From NCBI GenBank assembly GCA_950097015.1, contig CATNEN010000031.1, positions 2,976,001 through 3,040,000 on the forward strand: DNA of 64,000 nt, given 5' to 3'. A program made the translations under genes and the position numbers. The notes under the pieces were generated by a model. The model did not search any database. It worked only from the letters and a program-made list of their open reading frames with translations, and was not told the origin of the DNA. Source of the DNA: Macrostomum hystrix (lineage: Eukaryota > Animalia > Platyhelminthes). Each line of letters starts with the position of its first letter. Position 1 is the first letter of the stretch. Shown one piece after another: positions 13,693 through 25,803 of the stretch.

Positions 13693-16600
13693 CTAGCCGA
13701 GGTAGCCAGCCGACGGAATCCGTCGAAGGTCCAGCCGACGGTGCAGACGGACCAGGGCCAGCAGAACCAGCAGTACGGATAGCAGCAGCAGCAGGTACTG
13801 ATAGGCGGCAGATAGGGTGCTGCTGCGCCGGCCTCTGTGCCGCTGACGGTCCAGCTCGAGGCGTTGGACCTCCCTGAGCGGGCGGAGATGGGAAGTATGA
13901 GTAGTTTCTGATGAGTAAAGATATGCTGACGAGTAAGCTTATTAAATCATATTTTCTATTTAGCTTTTAACGAACCTGAGTGGAAAGTATCTGGTCCTAT
14001 GCAGAATGGCGCCCAATGTCCATTGCACCTCGGTGCCAGCAATGGCCGATACCGATTGAAATCGGCGATAATTTCGCGGAAATCGAAGGCCGTAGTGCAG
14101 AACAGCCAGAATCCAGGCCGATTTAAAGCATTGGAATCTGCGAAATAGGAACAGCTGATTGAGAATCAATAGAGCCTAGTAACAACATAGGAAGAAATTG
14201 AAATTACACCTTAACCAGTTGAGCTATAGCAAATTTATAGCTACTTTATAGAGTAGGAGTAGAGTAATTTATAGAGTAGGATTAAAGTTACATGGAAAGG
14301 GATCTTTGGAGTAGGATTAAAGTTTCATGGAAAGGGATCTTTGGAGTAGGATTAAAGTTACATGGAAAGGGATCTTTGGAGTAGGATTAAAGTTACATGA
14401 AAAGGGATCTTTGGAGTAGGATTAAAGTTACATGGAAAGGGATCTTTGGAGTAGGATTAAAGTTACATGGAAAGGGATCTTTGAAGTAGGATTAAAGTTA
14501 CATGGAAAGGGATCTTTGAAGTAGGATTAAAGTTACATGGAAAGGGATCTTTGGAGTAGGATTAAAGTTACATGGAAAGGGATCTTTGGAGTAAGATTAA
14601 AGTTACATGGAAAGGGATCTTTGGAGTAGGGTTTAAGTTACATGGAAAGGGATCTTTGGAGTAGGGTTTAAGTTACATTGAAATAGATCTTTGGAACTTC
14701 AGCAATCAGGATTATCTGTTCTCTTAAGCTAAGATTCGAACTCCCGACCTTTAGACCAGAAGTCCAAAGTTCTTATCACTGGGCTACAAACTTTGTAAGA
14801 AAAGCAAACTTGCAGATTCGAAAACATAAGATCGAAAGGGAACCCATAATTAAATTTGAGTATCTTACTACACATTGGAATGAGGCAAATATTACTTAAA
14901 AGTAGTACCACAAGAGTTGTATTTTGGTTAATAAATTTTTGTATAAAATCCAGAATGAGAATTTCAACTAGCCAAAGAAACACTGCGTTTATTAAAAGGA
15001 TATTAAAAGGCGAGGGTTGCCAGCCTCTCTAAAAAGAAGAAATGTAATAATAGTTCATAATAAATTACGAATTAGACTGCTGATAACTAGAAGTCACGAT
15101 AAACAACAGCACATTAGACAACAAATGTCATATTCTACTAAGGCAGTAGTGATAATGAGTACTAGTTGTTTTAGGCAAAAAATGTCAGCTAGCATTAATG
15201 ATGGATTAAGAAGGCACACAAACTTATTTGTTTATGCAACTTGACACAAAGTCATGCTTAGTTGGGCACTTTTTATGTAGGTAAAACAATAGAGAAAAAT
15301 TCCATACAGCCAATTAAATAAAATAAGTAATCTGAGTAAATGAGGAACAAGAAAAAGTGCAGGTCATAAACTATTTAAAACTTTTACTCTAACTAAACAT
15401 ATCCATAGCTTACATCCAATATAGCTCTACGTTAAAACCCTACTCAATCTAGGTCTACTACACACCCTACTCAATCTAGGTCTACTACACACCCTACTCA
15501 ATCTAGGTCTACTACACACCCTACTCAATCTAGGTCTACTACACACCCTACTCAATCTAGGTCTAACATGCACCCTACTCAATCTAGGTCTACCACACAC
15601 CCACACCCTACTCAATCTAGGTCTACCACACACCCAAACCCTACTCAATCTAGGTCTACCACGCACCCTACTCAATATAGGTCTACCACACACCCTACAC
15701 ACGCTGGTCGATTCCCCAACCTACTCAGGATTGTCTATTCCCCAACCAACTCAGGCTCATCTATTCCCTAACAAACCCTTGCTCATATATTCCACAACCT
15801 ACTCAGGATGTATTCTACAACCTGCTCAGTTTGGCCTATAATCTAAACTACTCAGGATGGTCTATTCCCAACCTACTCACGCTGGTCTACTCGTATTCTC
15901 TAACCTACTCACGCTGGTCTATTCCCAACCTACTCAGGATGGTCTATTCCCAACCTACTCAGGCTGGTCTATTCCCAACCTACTCAGGCTGGTCTATTCC
16001 CAACCTACTCAGGCTGGTCTATTCCCAACCTACTCAGGATGGTCTATTCCCAACCTACTCAGGCTGGTCTATTCCCAACCTACTCAGGATGGTCTATTCC
16101 CAACCTACTCAGGCTGGTCTATTCCCAACCTACTCAGGATGGTCTATTCCCAACCTACTCAGGCTGGTCTATTCCCAACCTACTCAGGATGGTCTATTCC
16201 CAACCTACTCAGGCTGGTCTATTCCCAACCTACTCAGGCTGGTCTATTCCCAACCTACTCACGCTGGTCTATTCCCAACCTACTCAGGATGGTCTATTCC
16301 CAACCTACTCAGGATGGTCTATTCCCAACCTACTCAGGATGGTCTATTCCCAACCTACTCACGCTGGTCTATTCTCTAACCTACTCACGCTGGTCTATTC
16401 CCAACCTACTCAGGCTGGTCTATTCCCAACCTACTCACGCTGGTCTATTCCCAACCTACTCAGGCTGGTCTATTCCCAACCTACTCAGGCTGGTCTATTC
16501 CCAACCTACTCACGCTGGTCTATTCCCAACCTACTCAGGCTGGTCTATTCCCAACCTACTCAGGCTGGTCTATTCCCAACCTACTCAGGCTGGTCTATTC

Positions 16601-19600
16601 CCAACCTACTCACGCTGGTCTATTCCCAACCTACTCAGGATGGTCTATTCCCAACCTACTCAGGATGGTCTATTCCCAACCTACTCAGGATGGTCTATTC
16701 CCAACCTACTCAGGATGGTCTATTCCCAACCTACTCAGGATGGTCTATTCCCAACCTACTCACGCTGGTCTATTCTCTAACCTACTCACGCTGGTCTATT
16801 CCCAACCTACTCAGGCTGGTCTATTCCCAACCTACTCAGGATGGTCTATTCCCAACCTACTCAGGATGGTCTATTCCCAACCTACTCAGGATGGTCTATT
16901 CCCAACCTACTCAGGATGGTCTATTCCCAACCTACTCAGGATGGTCTATTCCCAACCTACTCACGCTGGTCTATTCTCTAACCTACTCACGCTGGTCTAT
17001 TCCCAACCTACTCAGGATGGTCTATTCCCAACCTACTCAGGATGGTCTATTCCCAACCTACTCAGGATGGTCTATTCCCAACCTACTCAGGATGGTCTAT
17101 TCCCAACCTACTCAGGATGGTCTATTCCCAACCTACTCAGGATGGTCTATTCCCAACCTACTCAGGATGGTCTATTCCCAACCTACTCAGGATGGTCTAT
17201 TCCCAACCTACTCAGGCTCATCTATTCCCTAACCAACCTATGCTCATTTATTCCACAACCTACTCAGGCTGATCTATTCCTTAACAACCTACTTTAAGCA
17301 CTTGGCAAAGGGACAAGACACGGTACGAATGCACAATAAAGCTATAACAATGCCAGACTCATCACGTGACTCATCAGGAGAAAAATAATTGCCATTCGGG
17401 TTTACCTTTTGAACCTGAGCAGGGTGCGCAAGGAGCGCTCTAGCCTCCGCTTTGAACGCCGTCTGTAACAGCCAATTTAGTCAATTTCTTCGCTTTTTCT
17501 GTGTTGCTTTCAGCAGAAACCGAACTAATAGTCTATTAATATATTTCTAATAGTCTAATAATCTAACTAGAAGCAGTCTACTACGAGTATTAAGCGCCAT
17601 TATTAAAGACTAGCAGCTATCACCAGTGTGTGAGTGGGAATAAAAAGATATAAACATAAAAAATAGCGGTAAAAGGGTGAAGTCTAGGGCCACTGCAACT
17701 ACGATATCTACTAGATGCAATTTAAACTTTACTGGTATTTATCCAATTAAATTATTTCTTTCTAGGAAAACATCAGAAGTAAAAGAAATTAGCGGAAGCT
17801 ACTTACTTTAGTCGATGATGATCTGCCTTGGGGAATTTTTTCTCCCTATAGTCCTGCTCTAGCTGAGCCCAGTCGGTGGCGCAGTACCTGGCCGCTGCGG
17901 CCCGATAGCTCAGGTAGTCATAGTGACCGCCCATGCCAAGGATGTCAGTCATGCAGTACCAGTACTCGGAGAAGCCGACAAATTCAGTTTTAACAAAGTC
18001 AATGGGAGGCTGGTGCCGGCCGAGTAGGCTGCAGGGCTCCAGCTCGCAGAGTCGCTCCCGGCCCAGCAGAGGCAGCAGTCGCTGCATGCAATGGCTAAAG
18101 TTGCCGCTGCCAATCAGGTTGCCGCCTGGCCTGGCAACCGACATGCCGGGCGGTAGGCAGGGATCGTCTATGGCCAAAGCTGGAGTCGGCTGAACGACTG
18201 GCGGCACCGGAGCCGCTACAGCTATGCGCGTGGCGTTGCTGAAACATTTCAACAAGGATTGGGTCAACACAGACCAGACACTGAATCAGGCACTGACCAG
18301 ACACTGAATCAGACACTGACCAGACACTGAATCAGACACTGACCAGACACTGAATCAGACACTGACCAGACACTGAATCAGACACTGACCAGACACTGAA
18401 TCAGACACTGAATCAGACACTGAATCAGACACTGAATCAGACACTGACCAGACACTGAATCAGACACTGAATCAGACACTGACCAGACACTGAATCAGAC
18501 ACTGACCAGACACTGACCAGCCACTGAATCAGACACTGAATCAGACACTGAATCAGACACTGAATCAGACACTGAATCAGACACTGAATCAGACACTGAA
18601 TCAGACACTGACCAGACACTGAATCAGACACTGACCAGACACTGAATCAGACACTGAATCAGACACTGAATCAGACACTGAATCAGACACTGACCCCGAA
18701 TATAGAAGGCAAGTAAACCTACGTAGTCGTGTTTTTAGCAGCAGCAGCAGCCGCCGCAGCCTTCACCACAGCAGCCCGCTCGGCCAGCAGATTCTCCTCG
18801 TATCGATGCCTGGCTGAGTTGGCGCCGTAGCCCAGGAAGGTGGTGACATAGAGTGTGTGCGAGTGCAGCGAATCACTCTGCCTGCAGCCCAGGTTGAATT
18901 CGGCCACATAGTCGCGCGCAGACGGCACAGCGGCTGCTGCATCCGGGCTAATCTCGTAGGCGATCTGAAAACTGCCGCCGCCCATATCGATAACGCCAAC
19001 GGTGCGCTTGCGCAGGTGGCCGCCGGCGCCGTCGTAGGACACCAGGCCGACGCCGTCACCGACTGAGTGGCCGAAGCGACCCAGCAGGAAATTAGTAGTG
19101 ATCCAGGCGTACACTCCCTCCTGCTTGCCAGAGATCACCTCTGCGTGAGTGTCCGAGAATAGGAAATTGTAGTTCCGCTTGATGCCGAGCCGGACACTTG
19201 ACAAGATGGCCTCCTGGCTGGCTGCGGGCAGCAGTCGCATGCCGGCGGTGCACAGAATGTACAGCGGCGTCTCCACAAGTTTGGCGCGCGGCACAGCCGA
19301 GCTGGCAAAGTCCAGGAGAGGCGTCAGATAGTCGAAGGCTGCCGACGGCTTGCCGGCAAAGTCTGAGATGCCCGGAGTCACCTTGGATGTTGAAGGCGGA
19401 AAGTCTTTTAGCTCTTAATTACGAATATAAATATCTAGAGACTAGATCCAATCTAGAGACTAGATCCAATCTAGAGACTAGATCCAATCTACAGACTAGA
19501 TTCTATCTAGAGACTAGATCCAATCTAGAGACTAGATCCAATCTAAAGAAAACGTTTAATTAGAGAATACGTATAATCGAGAGACTAAATCCATCTAGAG

Positions 19601-20100
19601 ACTAGATCCCATCTACATCGAATCTAGGAAGCAGGCACGTCAGCATCTAGCACCTTTTTGACGATCCGCTTGCCGTTGGGCGCAGCCAGCGGTCTTATAT
19701 TGAGCAGCTGGTGCTCGTTGCCGCTGTGTGTTGGCCAGGCGTACACAAACAGCCTAGAGCCGCTGCTGCCGCAGTCGATCACAACACCAAAGTGCAGATC
19801 GAGATGCTCGTCATTCAGGGTATAGTAGGTGCGCGACTCGGCTGCCCCAGAGCCCGGTCGTCTTTGTTCCCGACTGTCGGCTGATGCCGAGTGATAAGAG
19901 GAAAATGCGGCTAGCAGGCGCGATCTGAGACCGCCACCCCCTCCGCTGCCGCTTTCACTGCCGCCTCCGCCGCCAAACATCAGAGCCGAGAAAGCGTCAG
20001 GAGCGGCCAGTCGCAGAATAAGGCCACCAATGAGCAGCGTCAGGCACAGCAGGCAGGCTTTGAGCACAGCCGGCCTGGGCGGCTTCACCCGGCACCGCAT
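13693..20100 (-). CDS. ENTPD4: Golgi/lysosomal apyrase (UDPase), ENTPD4/ENTPD7 family, about 626 aa, 5 exons
   Basis: Exons 20100-19654, 19381-18723, 18238-17807, 14137-13976, 13873-13693 (1881 nt, phases consistent). Apyrase conserved regions VIDCGSSGSR, CTAGMR, EGVYAW, DMGGGS, QCFKSAW and WTLGA; N- and C-terminal transmembrane helices. The paralogue (4 vs 7) and any upstream exon are uncertain. Confidence 0.93.
14274..14697 (-). repeat. Second array (about 12 copies) of the same 35-bp satellite, inverted, in ENTPD4 intron 3
   Basis: GTAGGATTAAAGTTACATGGAAAGGGATCTTTGGA is the reverse complement of the 2330-11624 unit. Confidence 0.97.
14730..14788 (-). mobile_element. tRNA-like SINE head (resembles family A head) directly upstream of the inverted 35-bp array
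   Basis: Minus strand TGTAGCCCAGTGATAAG..AAAGGTCGGGAGTTCGAATC resembles the head at 25384; T-stem and acceptor stem are degenerate. Confidence 0.55.
15438..15700. repeat. 27-bp minisatellite (CCCTACTCAATCTAGGTCTACTACACA)
   Basis: Visible tandem units that degenerate rightwards. Confidence 0.9.
15850..17225. repeat. 25-bp minisatellite (GGTCTATTCCCAACCTACTCAGGAT), about 55 copies, ENTPD4 intron 3
   Basis: Visible tandem units; they explain the repetitive ORFs in the track. Confidence 0.97.
18272..18694. repeat. 11/12-bp minisatellite (CAGACACTGAC / CAGACACTGAAT), ENTPD4 intron 2
   Basis: Visible tandem units. Confidence 0.95.
19434..19626. repeat. 18-bp minisatellite (CTAGAGACTAGATCCAAT), ENTPD4 intron 1
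   Basis: Visible tandem units. Confidence 0.9.
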
Positions 20101-20176
20101 GCTGCTTGATTTGCCAGACGCTGTGGTTCCCAACTGGGGCGATAGGTCCGGCCGCCGGATGGGACTGGAAAATTGT

Positions 20177-22676
20177 CATGGATTGGTTAGGGACTGGTCA
20201 TGGATTGGTGAAGGACTGGTCATGGATTGGTTAGGGACTGGTCATGGATTGGTGAAGGACAGATTATGGATTGGTGAAGGACTGGTCATGGATTGGTGAG
20301 GGACTGGTCATGGATTGGTTAGGGACTGGTCATGGATTGGTGAAGGACAGATTATGGATTGGTGAGGGACTGGTCATGGATTGGTGAGGGACTGGTCATG
20401 GATTGGTGAGGGACTGGTCATGGATTGGTGAGGGACTGGTCATGGATTGGTGAGGGACTGGTCATGGATTGGTGAGGGACTGGTCATGGATTGGTGAGGG
20501 ACTGGTCATGGATTGGTGAGGGACTGGTCATGGATTGGTGAGGGACTGGTCATGGATTGGTTAGGGACTGGTCATGGATTGGTGAAGGACAGATTATGGA
20601 TTGGTGAGGGACTGGTCATGGATTGGTGAGGGACTGGTCATGGATTGGTGAGGGACTGGTCATGGATTGGTGAAGGACTGGTCATGGATTGGTGAAGGAC
20701 TGGTCATGGATTGGTGAAGGACAGATTATGGATTGGTGAGGGACTGGTCATGGATTGGTGAAGGACAGATTATGGATTGGTGAGGGACTGGTCATGGATT
20801 GGTGAAGGACTGGTCATGGATTGGTGAAGGACAGATTATGGATTGGTGAGGGACTGGTCATGGATTGGTGAGGGACTGGTCATGGATTGGTGAGGGACTG
20901 GTCATGGATTGGTGAGGGACTGGTCATGGATTGGTGAGGGACTGATTATGGATTGGTGAGGGACTGGTCATGGATTGGTGAGGGACTGGTCATGGATTGG
21001 TGAGGGACTGATTATGGATTGGTGAGGGACTGGTCATGGATTGGTGAAGGACAGATTATGGATTGGTGAGGGACTGGTCATGGATTGGTGAAGGACTGGT
21101 CATGGATTGGTTAGGGACTGGTCATGGATTGGTGAAGGACAGATTATGGATTGGTGAGGGACTGGTCATGGGTTGGTGAAGGACTGATCATGGATTGGTG
21201 AGGGACTGGTCATGGATTGGTGAAGGACAGATTATGGATTGGTGAGGGACTGGTCATGGATTGGTGAGGGACTGATCATGGATTGGTGAGGGACTGGTCA
21301 TGGATTGGTGAAGGACTGATCATGGATTGGTGAGGGACTGGTCATGGATTGGTGAGGGACTGATCATGGATTGGTGAGGGACTGGTCATGGATTGGTGAA
21401 GGACAGATTATGGATTGGTGAGGGACTGGTCATGGGTTGGTGAAGGACTGATCATGGATTGGTGAAGGACTGATCATGGATTGGTGAGGGACTGGTCATG
21501 GATTGGTGAGGGACTGGTCATGGATTGGTGAGGGACTGATTATGGATTGGTGAGGGACTGATTATGGATTGGTGAGGGACTGATTATGGATTGGTGAAGG
21601 ACTGATTATGGATTGGTGAGGGACTGGTCATGGATTGGTGAAGGACTGATTATGGATTGGTGAAGGACTGATTATGGATTGGTGAAGGACAGATTATGGA
21701 TTGGTGAGGGACTGGTCATGGATTGGTTAGGGACTGGTCATGGATTGGTGAAGGACTGATCATGGATTGGTGAGGGACTGGTCATGGATTGGTGAGGGAC
21801 TGGTCATGGATTGGTGAAGGACTGGTCATGGATTGGTGAAGGACTGGTCATGGATTGGTGAAGGACAGATTATGGATTGGTGAGGGACTGGTCATGGATT
21901 GGTGAAGGACAGATTATGGATTGGTGAGGGACTGGTCATGGATTGGTGAAGGACTGGTCATGGATTGGTGAAGGACAGATTATGGATTGGTGAGGGACTG
22001 GTCATGGATTGGTGAGGGACTGGTCATGGATTGGTGAGGGACTGGTCATGGATTGGTGAGGGACTGGTCATGGATTGGTGAGGGACTGATTATGGATTGG
22101 TGAGGGACTGGTCATGGATTGGTGAAGGACTGGTCATGGATTGGTGAGGGACTGATTATGGATTGGTGAAGGACTGGTCATGGATTGGTGAGGGACTGGT
22201 CATGGATTGGTGAAGGACTGGTCATGGATTGGTGAGGGACTGGTCATGGATTGGTGAGGGACTGGTCATGGATTGGTGAGGGACTGGTCATGGATTGGTG
22301 AGGGACTGGTCATGGATTGGTGAAGGACTGGTCATGGATTGGTGAGGGACTGATTATGGATTGGTGAAGGACTGGTCATGGATTGGTGAAGGACTGGTCA
22401 TGGATTGGTGAAGGACTGGTCATGGATTGGTGAGGGACTGGTCATGGATTGGTGAAGGACTGGTCATGGATTGGTGAGGGACTGGTCATGGATTGGTGAG
22501 GGACTGGTCATGGATTGGTGAGGGACTGGTCATGGATTGGTGAGGGACTGGTCATGGATTGGTGAAGGACTGGTCATGGATTGGTGAGGGACTGATTATG
22601 GATTGGTGAAGGACTGGTCATGGATTGGTGAGGGACTGGTCATGGATTGGTGAAGGACTGATTATGGATTGGTGAA
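20177..22676. repeat. 22-bp minisatellite (CATGGATTGGTGAGGGACTGGT), about 113 copies, upstream of ENTPD4
   Basis: Visible tandem units with a few variant types. Confidence 0.98.
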
Positions 22677-23965
22677 GTGCAACTGTTCAGTGTTGACAAA
22701 AAATCAAGCCTTAATTGTTGAATTGGTTTTTTTAATCACAAATAATTAACGCTAGCTTACTGGGTTGCGCGAAATCCGTTGTTTGCGAATATTAAATTTG
22801 TTAAGAAAAGCGCATTATTAGGAACTCTAAGAGGACCCAAGAACGGTACTAAGAAGAGCTTAACTATTTTATTGTTTTATTTACAAAACAAAGCTGAATG
22901 CCCAGAATGTCTGGGTGCTCAAAAACGGAGCAAAGAACTGGCCTCCGCTCAGTCCGCAGTCGCCCAACTTGGCAATTGAAAGGGCCTGTCAAAGCGGGCT
23001 ATCGACATGCGAATGTGCACACATGTTAGTCTCAGAGCTAAACGCACACCAAATACGCGCGCGTATGCTTTTATATTATTAGCCCTACCAAATGTGAAGC
23101 ATTACGGATCGATATTTTTCCAAACAGTTTTAAACTGACTCAACTGGGTTCGATGGCGGAAAGCATTTCGTTTTTTCTCCGAAACGGAAAAATGGACACA
23201 GCTGTCCGCTGGGTGCAGATCGCGGCCAGTGACTCTCGTGAAACTATTTTTGCACTAAAAAATTGCCACGTTGGCATCAGCAACAATTTAATAAGGCCCC
23301 AAATTACCATTGCTATCCAAGAATTGAACGAACTATAACAACCGAGGCATTGTAACCAACTTTAATATTTTCTTTGTTTTTTAAGAAATCGAGAGACCAG
23401 ATTAAAGTTTAAAGTAAAACTTCATAAAAATCGTTATGCTCCGAATAATTGAGAAAACATTTTTAATTACACTACTTTTTAAACAGTATTAGTAGCATAA
23501 CAAGCATTTTCCAGCACCAAATTTCAAAATTAAGCGAATATTGTGTTACGTTACCTTAAATGAAAAGCGGCAGACTGAAAAATAATAATAAAACTATTCT
23601 AAAGAAATATACGCATGGATGTCACTTTAAAAAGACAATTGTGTTCACAGCATTCGACGAGCATTTGATTTTTCTTTAATTAACTCTGGGACTTACCTAA
23701 TTGGACCCCATTTCAAGAATGCGTCTGCAGCAGTCATGCGGGCTGGCCTGATGTGATTGGCCGACAAAGCAGATGAGATCAGTTCACGGAGGCTGGAATG
23801 TCCAGATAGCCAATCGATGTCATGGAAGCTGAAATGAATGCGGAAATGGATATTATACAAATACCAGAAATAAAAAAATTTGTGACCCTACAAAAATAGA
23901 TCTAATACAGACTGTACTAAAGGATATAAGGATTATTAGGGAGATCAACTGGGAGACATACTAAA

Positions 23966-24500
23966 GGGACCATTCTATAGACATACTGGACACCATTCTA
24001 TGGACATACTAGAGAAAAATTCTATGGACATACTAGACAGCAATTCTATGGACATACTAGACACCATTCTATGAATATACTAGACACCATTCTATGGACA
24101 TACTAGACACCATTCTATGGACATACTAGACACCATCCTATGGACATACTAGACACCATTCTATGGACATACTAGACACCATTCTATGGACATACTGGAC
24201 ACCATTCTATGGACATACTAGAGAAAAATTCTATGGACATACTAGACAGCAATTCTATGGACATACTAGACACCATTCTATGGACATACTAGACACCATT
24301 CTATGGACATACTAGACACCATTCTATGGACATACTAGACAGCAATTCTATGGACATACTAGACACCATTCTATGGATATACTAGAGAAAAATTCTATGG
24401 ACATACTAGACACCATTCTATGGACATACTAGAGAAAAATTCTATGGACATACTAGACAGCAATTCTATGGATATACTAGACACCATTCTATGGACATAA
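23966..24500. repeat. 23-bp minisatellite (CTAGACACCATTCTATGGACATA)
   Basis: Visible tandem units. Confidence 0.95.
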
Positions 24501-25383
24501 TAGAGACCATGGACATTCTAGAGAACGCTAGACAAAGCAGACATACTGAAAAATAAAACTTGAAAAAGTTTCATAAAATGATTAGAAGTACTTCATGCAA
24601 ATCTGGCAAATTATGTAATGCATTACAAGTACAAAACCTAATATTTGCAGACAGCCTTGTTAGAAGGGCTCTGCGCACTTTTATCTAGTTTAATTTAGAC
24701 AAATCTAGAATACGGAAAATATAGCTGAACGTGTGACAGAAAACAGAAAGAAGATTACTCTAACAAGAAAACGACAGAATCTGTGCTCACTATAAATCAG
24801 AAAACCACTGCTACCAGAGTATCAGAGAGGTAAGAAGCAATGCTAGTAAGCAATATAATTTGATGCAATATAATCATACTAGGCAGCACAAATTTATTGT
24901 TATAGTGAACAATTTTCATTAAAAATGCTATAACCAACTGAAGCTACTGTGCGTGAGAAACGTGATACTAAACTGTCACGACTTACGGGTCTAATTATGA
25001 TCTAAGGATGAGAATTGTAATTTTTTGAACATTTTGGCACGCTGTACTATAAATAACAGACTGCAACGGAAACATGACTGTATTATCGGCTAGAAGTTGT
25101 TACATAATTATATTCCAATTAGTTTTAACAGGAAAACAAGGGCTCTGGATAAAACCAATGGCTTCAGAGAGCTGCACGAACCACAGGTCTCTGACAACAA
25201 ATAAACGGCTAATAGCTGTCCTTATAACTTCTATATTTGTTATCGGAACTGGTTAGACAAGTGAGGCAATAAATAACCTCAAATTATCTAATCAGTAATC
25301 CAGATAATAAACGAGAATTACCCAATTCGGCATTTTATTTTTCATATAAATGCTAACTGGCATTCATCACGAAATGGCAGTCA

Positions 25384-25695
25384 GGTGTTGTAGCCTAGTG
25401 GTGAAAGCGTCGGACTCACCGAGTCCGAAAAGGTCGGGGGTTCGATTCCCGACTCCACTGGAACAAATTGTGTCATTTAGCAAGACACTTAACTCCGCAT
25501 TGCTTCAATTCACCCAGCTGTTAAATAATGGGTACCAGCATTAGCTGGGGTAATTTAGGGTGGGTTTGGCATCCCCCCTGTCCATGGACTGAACAGCCGT
25601 ACGCAGCCTCCAGATGCGCCGCGCAATAGCTGCGGCTGTGCTGTCGGCTGCACATCTGACCTAATCGGGGCAGGTGTAATCAATTATTATTATTA
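25384..25695 (+). mobile_element. tRNA-derived SINE, family A, apparently full length
   Basis: A-box TAGCCTAGTGG, B-box GGTTCGATTCC, central GCAAGACACTTAACTC..CAGCTGTTAAAT..GGGTACC (reminiscent of CORE/V/Meta-type SINE cores), (TTA)n tail. Related copies at 26195-26296 and 52996-53252. Confidence 0.8.
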
Positions 25696-25803
25696 AGTCT
25701 GGTCTCACTTAGCTAAGCACCCATGACAAACTAGGAGTTAGACAAAGCTTTCGAATCCCAAACAATACCCAGTTGTCTTCAACGATATTAAAATGAATAA
25801 AAT

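Noticed and set aside
13905-13945. Two CTGANGA motifs as hammerhead ribozyme cores
   Set aside because: No stem II followed by GAAA and no NUH cleavage-site helix could be built.
14730-14795. tRNA-Arg(TCT)-like gene on the minus strand
   Set aside because: An anticodon arm can be drawn, but the acceptor and T stems do not pair; it is better explained as a SINE head.
15831-17297. Four long repetitive ORFs (up to 397 aa, MVYSQPTQ..)
   Set aside because: They are translations of a stop-poor 25-bp minisatellite inside an ENTPD4 intron.
2330-22676. Long regular tandem arrays as CRISPR arrays
   Set aside because: The units are contiguous with no unique spacers, the context is eukaryotic spliced genes, and there are no cas genes.
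22885-23080. WPPLSPQSPNLAIE resembling the Tc1/mariner WPxxSPDLNPIE motif
   Set aside because: It is a single imperfect motif with no other DDE blocks or TIRs recognised.
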